In this document: in pieces, positions 54,178 to 64,000 of the stretch
Numbering within the stretch: position 1 is the stretch's first letter
Layout of the letters: every line of letters begins with the position of its first letter
Source: Peribolospora baueri
Lineage: Eukaryota
Direction: 5' to 3'
DNA: 64,000 bases
Assembly (NCBI GenBank): GCA_029717555.1
Contig: JAMDHS010000010.1
Span: 186,001-250,000, forward strand
The notes under the pieces: generated by a model
Database searches by the model: none
Seen by the model: only the letters and a program-made list of their open reading frames with translations
What the model was told of the DNA's origin: nothing
Made by a program: the position numbers and the translations under genes

Positions 54178-54802
54178 ACACCGCTTCCCAAAACGAATGT
54201 CGCGTTTTCGCTTGCACGCTCGTCGTCGGCCAATCGGTCCTCGCATTTGTGTTGCATCCCCTGTTTTTGTATTTACCCGGAGCCATGGAGGGACTGGCAG
54301 GGGGTGAAAAGGGACGATTATGTGCTACGGCGCGCGAGATTACAACTCAAGGCTATGTCGAGCTTTAAAGCGGGCCGGATTGAAACAGGCTCACAGCCGA
54401 TCGACGCGTTCCTCTCCCTGCGACGGGCTCGCCATCCCTAAGGCGGCCGGCTCACCGCTCGACCGTACATACCAAACACCACCAGCTTGACACCCAACGA
54501 AGTCTCTCTTTGTCTTTTTTTCACTCTCCGCTTTGTCATCCTCTCTCTCCTCTCTCCGCCTGTCTTGCCTCCAGGCCCCTCTTCCCACCCTCGTCCCGCC
54601 GTCTCGCCGCCCTTCTGTTCATGTCCTCCCTCAGGCCTTCGCCCCTCCGTTTGCTGTAGCCCTTTGCCGTCGAGCAATTCGCTCCGCCTACTTACTGCCA
54701 TCTCCTAGGCGTTTGTGACAGCGTATTGTCCTGCCGCATCCGAGCTCGCTCGCTGCACGCGCCAGGCAATCGTGGCGTAACAAGACATTTCGCAACGACT
54801 AC

Positions 54803-57800
54803 ATGGCCCCTCCACCAGCGGCCGGGCTGGACGAGGCGGCCTCCCGGTCGGCAGCGTCCAGCTCCGTGTCGCCTCCAGAGCCTTCCCTGCCATCCGGCGG
54901 TACTGCCGCCAAGTCCCCCTCCGCCGCTTCTGGCCCCATCTTGATAGCCTCGCCCCTGCGCAACGTCAGCCCTCCGACACCTGCCCCCTCGCCCCAGCCG
55001 GAATGGCGACTCCTGCGCGATCCTTCGCAGCAGACCGGCGACGCGTTGCACCATACACCTCCTTTGGGTCCTCCAGGAGAGGAGACGCTCATGCATACCC
55101 TCACCACTGGCTTCTCTCGCCTGGACGCGAAAGCGCGGCGGCGGTTCCTCACCGAGCTCGTCTCGCTCTGCGATGTAGGCGAGCTCGCCCACCTGTCTCA
55201 AACCATCTCCCCAAGGCTGAAAGTCGACTTTCTGAGTCAGCTGCCCATTGAGATTTCCCTCCACATCCTCTCCTTTATCGACGACCCTCGCACCCTCGCT
55301 CGAGCCGCTTGTGTCAGTCGCTTCTGGAGAAGCCTCGTGAACGACGAGAGCACGTGGAAAGCCATGTGCCTCAAACACCGCTTCGCCGACGACCGGCCCG
55401 GCACGCTCCTCTCCCCTCGTCTCGCTGGCGACGCACAGATGACGGACGTCTTCGACGATGATTCGCCGTCTGCGGACGCCGCTCTCGCGCGTGCTCCTGA
55501 GTACTACGACCCCGAGGGGTCGACGCCGCTCGTCGAGCTCTATCGTGGATATCGCGCTCGCGGCTTGGACCCCTCGAGCGCGCTCCACGAGTTGCGCACC
55601 CTTCACGACCTCTTCCTCGCCAAGCAGGGCCGCCTCTCCGGCGGCGTCGCTCGGCTGAGCGACGCCGATCGCGCGTTTTACCGTCAACTCGAAGAGATAG
55701 TGGAGAAGGAGGAAGAGGCTGGGTGGAGCGAGAGGGGGGCGGCTGCCGCCATGGACGAGATGGACGAGGATGTCGGTTGGCTGGGCTCGCAGAGCAGAAG
55801 CAGAGACGTCGAGGGAAGAAGCGCTAGGGCTCGCCATGGACGGGGCGCTTCAACCGTGGCCGCGGGAGACTATACCGGATCTCAAGATGCGAAGCACTCT
55901 GCGTCGAGCGTGGCAAAGGCAGGTTCCTCCCGACCATCGCTAGCAAACACAGGCCCTCCGCCGCGGCCTCGCAGATCGTCCCAGCGCAGCATCCCCCCGT
56001 CTCTCGAAGGCGCCGAGCTGATGGACCTAAGTTCGGACGCGGCGTCGCCTTTCAAAATTGCGCGAAACGCGGTTAGGAAGAAGGCCGCCGTGGTGGACTC
56101 GGGGAGAAGTCTCGGCCTCGGCACCCCTTCCTCTTCTGCCCAGCCCAGGTCGTTCTCTTACAGGAACCACTTCAAGATGCAGTATTTGACTGGTGAGCGT
56201 CTTTTGCGTTTCTGTCATGAGGCCGGGCCGGACCTTCATGGTAGGCTCACTTGATGCTGACTGTTTTCCTACCGCGCGTCCGACAGAGTCCAACTGGCTC
56301 CGTGGGGGTCGATTGCTCGCCCAACACACGTCTGCGGACGACGAAGCAGTGGTAACATCGTTAGCTATGGACGACGAATGGATCGTCGTCAGCATGGCCA
56401 ATTCCAAGATTCATGTCTTCGACGCACGTACGGGCCTCTTTGCCAGCACGCTGGCCGGACACGAGAACGGCGTGTGGTGTCTCACGCTCATTAGTCGCTC
56501 GAGCTTTGCGAAGACGAGGAGCCCTCGCAGGCACCCAACCGCGTCGGGGGCTATGGCGGATAAGCAGAACACCCACGATCCTTCCAGCTTTTCAGCTCAA
56601 TCGCGGCCGTTTTCCTCTTTGTCCGCCTCCACCTCGCGCTTGCCCGTCGGTCCCGGGTTTTCTTTCGTTTCCGGTTCCACCACCTCTGCAGCGGCGCATC
56701 ACCCTGACTCGGACGACCGGTCCGTATCAGGACTCGGCCTTTCAGAATACGCTGAGGGCGTTTTCGCCGAGCACCACGCAGGTGGCTCGCGCTCTGCTTC
56801 CTTCTCCAGTTTCGGTCCCGGATCGACATCTGCGCTTGATTTGGACTCGGGCGGTGGAAGTGCTAGACGGCAGGGCCCGAGCGGCAGGTCGTTCAGCACC
56901 ACAGACGCGTTTGGAGGTCCGCACTCGTCAGATCCTCGAGAGGTCCCCACGCAGGCGAGAGAAGCCGTGTCTGCTATTCTCGCTGGAGCTCGCGGCAACG
57001 TCCAGCCCAGTCTTTGTGGCACGTCGACAGGATATGGAAACGAAGGTGCCATTGTCGTTAGCGGCGGCTGTGATAGGGACGTTAGGGTTTGGGACGTCGA
57101 GACGGGGTGAGTCCACCGCTTCCGACTTTCTCGCGGTCGCACCGCCTCGAGCACTAATCTTGGCACCCACCCCGCCGTGCGATCTTTCCACAGCGCATGC
57201 AAGCACGTCCTCCGAGGCCACAGCTCGACGGTGCGATGCCTCAAGGTCCTCGATGGCCGTCCGATCGCCATCTCTGGTTCACGCGACGGCACTCTCCGGG
57301 TGTGGGACGTGGATGCAGGACGTTCGCTCCACGTCCTTCGTGGGCACCAGGAGTCCGTGCGGTGCTTGGAGGTGGCTGGCAATAAGGTTGTCAGCGGGAG
57401 TTACGATGCCACTTGCAGGGTGGGCACCATTTTTACCTGTTTTGTTGGCGGCCCGAGTTGTTTGGTCCTCATCTCAGATCTCTGCCTGGGCTGTTTGTTC
57501 TTTCTTGTCAACAGGTGTGGGACGTGGATGCGGGAACGTGTTTACACACCTTGCAGGGGCACCTTTGCCAGATCTACGCGGTGGCGTTCGATGGCCAGTA
57601 CGTCGTTACCGGCAGTCTCGACACGACCGTTCGGGTGTGGTCAGCGGAAACGGGGTAAGCTGCATCCGCTTGCGCTGATCGCTCTTTACAGGTGGGAGCT
57701 CATGTCGGATTTTTTTTCTCGTCTTTTCTCCAACCCCATCTCCCAGAGAATGTCTTGCGCTCTTCCAAGGACACACTCAGCTTGTCGGCCAGCTCCAGCT

Positions 57801-58212
57801 CACCGACTCGATCCTCGTCACCGGAGGGTCCGACGGCCGAGTGATCGTCTTCTCCCTGCACACCATGGAGTGCTTGCACCGTTTGTGCGCGCACGACAAT
57901 AGCGTGACGTGCCTACAGTTCGATGGACGCTTCCTTGTTACTGGCGGCAATGACGGAAAGGTCAAGCTCTGGGATTTTAAGACGGGAGCGTTTATTCGCG
58001 AGCTATGCGAACCGAGCGAGGCCGTATGGAAGGTGCGCCCGAGCTCGTCGTCGGTTGGACTTTGCGGTGCGGTTGCGGTAGACATGACCGGAAATTTGTC
58101 TCTTTTTTCTTCGCAGGTCACGTACCGAGACGACAAATGTGTCGTCCTTTGCAGAAGAGGCAGCAAGACCAGCATGGAGGTCTTTTCCTATCGGCCCACC
58201 GAATTCTCTTAA
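54803..58212 (+). CDS. CDC4: F-box/WD40 SCF substrate receptor (Cdc4/Fbw7-like)
   Basis: F-box DFLSQLPIEISLHILSFID...VSRFWRSLVNDESTWK. WD repeats GHENGVW, VSGGCDRDVRVWD, GHSSTVRCL, GHQESVRCL, GSYDATCRVWD and GGNDGKVKLWD. The exact orthologue is uncertain. Confidence 0.85.
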
Positions 58213-58715
58213 GTCGGGCCGCCGCCGTATAGCTAGACAATCGTCCCATTTCTACATCTAACCGTCCATCGAACCCGGCCATCTGTCGTTTTCTTGTCAC
58301 CACCGGTCACCGATCAACAAACGCACCCGTTCCCTCAGTCAGCTCAGCGCTCCAGTCCAGTCCTTTCGGCCGCTCCTTTCTTGTACTTTTATTGGGGCCT
58401 CGCTCTTTGAAACCGCTCGGAAGTCAATGTCAGGTGCTCGATCTAGAGACGTGCGTCTCCTAAGGAACATGAGTGAGTGTTGGGAAGAAAACGCTATGCT
58501 TTTTCGTACATTGTCTCTGCGAGACCTCCGATTCGAGCCCAAAAAAAAAACATAATTAGGTCGTCGTGCTGACGACCGATGCCGGTGGAGACCGCTACGG
58601 TGCTGCGGGAGTTGGGAATTAAATCGAAGGTAGAAAGAGACCAGAGCCCGGGGGCGGTGCGACGAATGCGTTTGCACACGTCTTCCCAGGCTGCCCGACC
58701 TTGGTTCAGATCGGA

Positions 58716-61044
58716 TCAGCATCGCGTCGTCGACCTGGACGATTCCACCTGCCAGCTGGCGGGCGGAACGAAAGCCTCGCCGGATCCTATGGTCGATGCG
58801 GTAGAAGGGCGGACGATCTTTCCGGAACGCGCGACGGCGGCGGGTGTAGTAGTAAGGGGTGAAAGGGAAGGAGGAACACCGTCGTCGTAGCTGGACGAGA
58901 ACGGATGGCCGCCTGTGCCGGTGCCGGTGCCGGTGCGGGACGTCACGAACATGTCCTCGTCATCCAGCGCGTTGACTTTGGAAGAAGGGAGGAGGGGGGA
59001 AGCCGACAAAGTTAGGCTCGTGGCGACCGGCGGTCGTCCTCCTCCTTGGGGTCGCGAGTGCCCAAAGAGCTCGAGCAGTGGGATCCCCCCTTCGTTGTGC
59101 TGGTCGCGGAGCGGCGGAGACGACACCGACAACCCAGGCCTGGTTCCGAACCCCTGGACGCTCCCGCGGTTCACGCCCGGATGGAAAGGACCGGGGAGGA
59201 TTGCGCCGCATCCGGGGATGCCCTTCTCTGGCCCTCCTCCAGAGCCGGCCGGCATGGTCCTATCGTTCGAGCGACTATCGGTGCGCCTACTCCTCATAGC
59301 CGTCTCGTTCTCCGCCACGTGGAACGTCGCACGGAAAACAAAACCGGCCATGAGCGCACATCCGGCCATGCCGGTAGGACCAGAGAGACCGGTCATGCCT
59401 GTGTAGATGAACGAATGGACGGTGAGGGTTTGGATGAGGATGTAGAGGGTGAGGGTGAGGGAAGCGACGAGGTAGATGAAACCGTTGAGAAGAAGGGAAT
59501 GGGATATGGCGGAAGCCTAGAACGAGGGGAGCGCGCAAGGCGGAGGTGTTTGAGCATGCTTTCGCCGTCCCTCGTTCCGTACGAGCAGTTAAGGATGCTA
59601 CTCGCGCCCACTCACCTGGCTAGCCGCCGTCCGCTTGCGAAGGAACTTGACAGGGTCGCGACCGTCGACGACCTTGAGAGCGGTCAAGAGGACGACGGCA
59701 AGGTCGAAAGCGACGGCGGCGGAAGCGAAACCTATAACGCTGGTGCTCATCGCGCCGTCCGTCATGGAGTACACGCAGTACTGGGGTGCTCCTATTCCGG
59801 TTGGGATGCCAGGAAAAGGCCGTCCACGGCTTTCTATTGTCATCACGAGGTTCCAGCTGAATCGGCATGGACCGTCCGCGTGAGCATAAAGAAGCGTTCG
59901 CAAACCCCTTCGCTGGCGCAGGCAATCGAAGGGTGGGGTAGGGCACTCACGCGAAGATGTGCAGCCAGAGGATGGATAGCAAAGCGAGGACGCGTCTTTG
60001 CAAAGGCGCCCGAAGAAGGTTCAGCATCAACGGTTGCTCAACAGAGCAACGGACAGGATGAGAGGCGAGTACTTACCTGTCCGAACGCCATATCGCGATT
60101 GTCCGCAAGAGAAAGACGAGTGTCGTGGCCGAAAAGCTTGACATGGGCGAGACGATTAGGAAAACGAGTTGTCAGCTGCGGACTACCAAGGGCGAGATCC
60201 GTCAAGGGGTTAGACTGGACTCACGAGATGAGCATGAGCACGTTGATGACGATGGGAATGACATTGCAGTCGCTTTGTGGCCGCGCGTAGAATAGCACGC
60301 TGGGCAGTACAAAGCCGAACGCACCATAGCTGTTTCGCATGTGAGAGAAGGGAACGGAAAGCATGAGCAGCGCTGTCCGGACGAAGCGGCGATGTGGACT
60401 CGACTCACCGAGCGAGGACGTACGCGGTTCGAGAGAGCGCCTTGCTGGCGTCTGTCCAACCGGGCTTACGAACGAGGGTGATGTCCCAAGCCAAGTTGGA
60501 TATGAGGTCTGAAAGCGGAAAAAAACTAGCCGAGGATGAGCAGGATGAAGGGACAAGTGAGTGGAAGGGGTGTAGTTAATTATTACCCCAAATAACGAGT
60601 CCCAGTACGACCTGCGCGGTGGAGAGGATGGTAAGGATGAGCGTTGAACAAATGGTAAGAAGGAGAATAGGACAGCACGAAATCGGTACTTGATACTCAC
60701 GGACATGTAGATAGTGCTAGGGACGAGATCGAATACGATCACGTAAAGGAAGTAAAACGAGGATGAGCGCAAGCCTTGCTGTCATCGAGTCGAGTGGCAA
60801 CGCACTACGTCAAGAGCTGGCGAGCGAAAGACGGGTCGACGAGCTGGATGAGGAGCGCTTTTCCGAGGTCGGGCATGCCTTGGAGCGAAGTGAGGTTGCA
60901 GAGGGCATTGGTAGCGGCGGCAGAGGGGTCTTGGATGTTCCCCATGGCCATCGTTCCGGTGTCAGAGGAGGACGTGGAGGAGGCCATGGCGGAGGCGGAG
61001 GCCATGGTGGTCGTAAGGGAGGGCGCGAGCGGAGAGGTGGACAT
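58716..61044 (-). CDS. DUF6533-like seven-transmembrane protein
   Basis: Manual splicing: ..QLLTY|TIYMS|VVLGLVIW|DLISNLAWD..AYVLAR|YGAFGFV..SDCN..|VFLLRTIAIW|RVLALLSILWL|..YC..AVAFDLAVVLLTALK..|LLLNGFIYL..ALMAGFVFR, then a disordered tail. Confidence 0.72.
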
Positions 61045-62040
61045 GGATGATGAGGTGGAAGTAGGTGACAAAGGGGAAATGGGGCCGACGAGAGGGGAGG
61101 AGAAGAAAAGCGGGGATGATAACGTGCATCATGGAAATCCTTTTTGTACCTGCAGGGTGAACTGTGGGCACACGAGAGGGAGTAGAAAGTGCCCGAGCGT
61201 GCTCGGAGGAGGGTTAGGGTGAGCGAGCAGCGTGGGCAGTGGTGACGTTAAAGAGAAGAGAGCGGGATGAAGATGAGCGTAAGCTGGCTCCCATATCGTG
61301 GCTGGCAGTCAAGGAACAACTCCTTCGACGCTCCTTCCCCTCGCTCGCTCGGCACAACATACGCACACTCGCTCCTGACAGAACGAAGACGACGCGGAAC
61401 GGAAGCGGTCCCCGAGGCACAATAAGAGGACACGCCGGTCTCGGTCTCGGTCTCGCAGCATGAAAGCAAGGCACGTGCGTCTCCATCGGTGCAGTCAGGT
61501 CAGGGTCAGGGTCAGGTCAGGACCGCCCCTGCAGAGATAAGCAGGCCACGATAAGCCAAGCCAAGCCAAGGAGCCAGCATCGCGTTCGCGTTGGATCAGG
61601 ACTCGGGGCGGCAGCGGCGAGCGAGGATTTATTATGCGGAGGCGAGCAGCGCCACGCGACACGTGGCCGTGCCGTGCCATGCGTGACCACCTCGTGCACC
61701 GCCCGCTCACCGCTCACCGCTCACCGCCCACGCCACGCACTGCCCCCTGCTGGGCGCTCTCATGGCGGAGACAGACAGAGAGAGGATCGGTTGGAAAGTT
61801 TTCTCCACTATTCTGTCAGCAAACGAGAGATTTCAAAAGCGTCGACGGAGGGAGCCATGAAGCACATCACGCACGGCAACTGCGGTTACCCCTCCGGCTC
61901 GCCGCTGACCCGAGTTCCGAGCACGCGCTTGCTTACCCCAGATCCGCTCGACATCGTCCACGATTCCCTTCGTAGGTCGTTATCTACCTCCCTCCCTCTC
62001 CCTGGCCATCCTTCGCCCTTGAGCGCTTGCCTCGCTCCCG

Positions 62041-63562
62041 ATGGAGCACCGCTTGCGGACCCCAGGTTGGGCCGGCTACAACCTCGCCTGGTCGCCCTTC
62101 TTCGAACACCGTCTTGCCTTGGCGAGCTCGGCCAACGTGAGAGTCACAAAGGCCAGAAGACCGTCGTCCATGGATCATGATCGGCTCACGGCCTCGCTTT
62201 GTTCGGTCTCCGCACACAGTACGGCCTTGTCGGCAATGGACGGTTACACATCTTGCGAGTCGGTCCGACGGGGACGCAGGTCGAAAAGACGTCAGTCCGT
62301 CCAATGTCAATCCTTTGCCGGCCCCGGGTCGGGTCAGGTCAGGTCACGACGTGGACTAAACTCTTCTCTTCTTCATCTCCCTTCTCGCCTCTATCAGCTT
62401 TGATACCCAGGACGGCCTATTCGACATTGCATGGAGCGAATTGCACGAGAACCAGCTCGTAACCGCTAGCGGCGACGGCTCGATCAAGTTGTGGGATATC
62501 GGTCTCCATGTGAGTTGCCGCATGCATCCTCCATTTCGTCTGTCCGTCTGTCCGTCTCGCACTCTCATCACATCCATCCCTTCGTTAAATCATTCCCATC
62601 GCATCCCCGTCGCTCTTGTCGCCGCTCGCTGACCAGGAGTTTCCAATTCGTAATTGGCACGAGCACAAGCGTGAGGTCTTCTCGGTCGATTGGAACAACA
62701 TCAAAAAGGACCTCTTTGCGACGAGCTCGTGGGATGAGACTGTCAAATTGGTCAGTCTCGCCCTTTGCCTCCGGTCTCCGTCTTCATTCCTACGACTGAA
62801 ACGCTGAATCGAACTTCCCTCCGCCTTCCCCCCTCTCATCGCCCGCCCCATCTCTAGTGGCATCCAGAACGACCAGCCTCGCTCACCACGCTACACGCGC
62901 ACACCGGCTGCGTATACGCTGCCATCTTCTCTCCCCACTCCCCCGACACCATCGCCACCTGTTCCGCCGATGGAACCCTACGCCTCTTCGACCTCCGACA
63001 ACCCAACAACGTCGTCGGCCCCTCAGGCCTCGCCGCCGCCGCCGCCCCGGCGATGACCATCCAAGTCGGAGGAGAGGTGCTGTGCCTCGACTGGAACAAG
63101 TATCGGCCAATGACCGTCGCTACCGGTTCGGTAGATCGGTCGGTCAAAGTGTGGGATCTGCGCATGGTGGCCGTCGGTCCAGGAGCGTTGGCGGGCGGCG
63201 GAGGAGGCGGCGGCGGTGGGGCCACTCTGGCGGCCGCTTTGCTCGGACACGAGTACGCGGTGCGTAAAGTCGCCTGGTCTCCTCACTCCCCCTCCTTGCT
63301 CGCCAGTGCGAGCTACGACATGACGGCCCGAGTGTGGGACGTCGACGCTGCCTCCGCCTCTTCCCTCCCCGGCGCCCCCGCGTTGGGCTCGACTGGCGTC
63401 GGCGGCGCACTGAAGCACATCCACGACGCACACACCGAGTTTGTCGTCGGGCTGTCTTGGAGCTTGTACGTCGAAGGATGGCTGGCCAGCTGCGCTTGGG
63501 ACCAGCACGTCCACGTGTGGCCCGCATTGGGATCGTCACCAGCCGCGGGCCTGCGACGATGA
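62041..63562 (+). CDS. PEX7: Peroxisomal targeting signal 2 receptor Pex7 (WD40)
   Basis: [90 protein letters not shown] and HTEFVVG. Confidence 0.96.
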
Positions 63563-63829
63563 TTATTCATGAACTACAGCTCTGGCTGGCATACGTATGC
63601 GTTTCACGACGGGCCGACCGAGAAAAGGTATCATTCATCTTTGCATCAGCTGGTATCTATCTATGTGCACGAGCGTCGAAGGGGTTGCGAAGGTTGCGAA
63701 AGATGGCCCAAAGAACGGAGAGACTGAAAACCAAAAACGCGGAAGATGCTGGAAGAGAGAGACGGACGGAGGGGAGAGGGTGAGCGTAGGCGACGGCAGG
63801 ACTGAACAGCAATAATAATACAGGCTCAC

Positions 63830-63908
63830 CAAAAAGTGTACGTCTCCGTCGAGCCAGAGCGACGCGGACGGCCTCCTGCTTTCGCATCGTCGCTTCTAGT
63901 TCCACCAT
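63830..63908 (-). CDS. Probable internal exon of an unidentified gene entering from the right edge
   Basis: A CAG-flanked segment MVELEATMRKQEAVRVALARRRRTLF followed by a GTGAGC donor. No family was recognised. Confidence 0.35.
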
Positions 63909-64000
63909 CTGGCGACGGTCGAGCAGACGAGTGGAAAGGGAGTCATTGAATGGGCGGGGCGCGCAAAGACCAGACCACCTGCAAGGCCGGACTAGCGAAT

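Noticed and set aside
54692..55837. 381-aa minus-strand ORF
   Set aside because: It is the antisense shadow of the GC-rich F-box coding exon.
59046..60290. 414-aa plus-strand ORF
   Set aside because: It is antisense to the spliced 7-TM gene and has no domain features.
61494..61521. TCAGGG-like repeats as an interstitial telomere
   Set aside because: There are too few copies and they are not TTAGGG. Treated as a microsatellite.

Overview
GC-rich, intron-dense eukaryotic DNA with GT(G/A)AGT/GTGCGT donors, CTRAC branch points and YAG acceptors, most consistent with a basidiomycete fungus. It is a gene-dense housekeeping region with about 18 spliced genes. In order: an orphan 7-TM protein, HBS1, a truncated DUF6533-like gene, adenylate cyclase, a TM9SF/EMP70 nonaspanin, ESA1, DOM34/Pelota, a flavodoxin-like quinone reductase, an Mmc1-like mitochondrial protein, VCX1, an MDR quinone oxidoreductase, a hypothetical membrane protein, VPS10, RPB7, PCNA, a Cdc4-like F-box/WD40 protein, a DUF6533-like 7-TM protein and PEX7. 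No tRNA, rRNA, CRISPR array or transposon was recognised. The main find is a 1.26-kb alternative terminal exon hidden in a 1.76-kb HBS1 intron. It carries Ski7 motifs (SKLAAL repeats, F..PSPDDVV), so one locus can make both Hbs1 and a GTPase-less Ski7-like protein, and the Hbs1 partner DOM34 lies about 16 kb away. All gene models were built by eye. Family names come from motif recognition, not from database searches.
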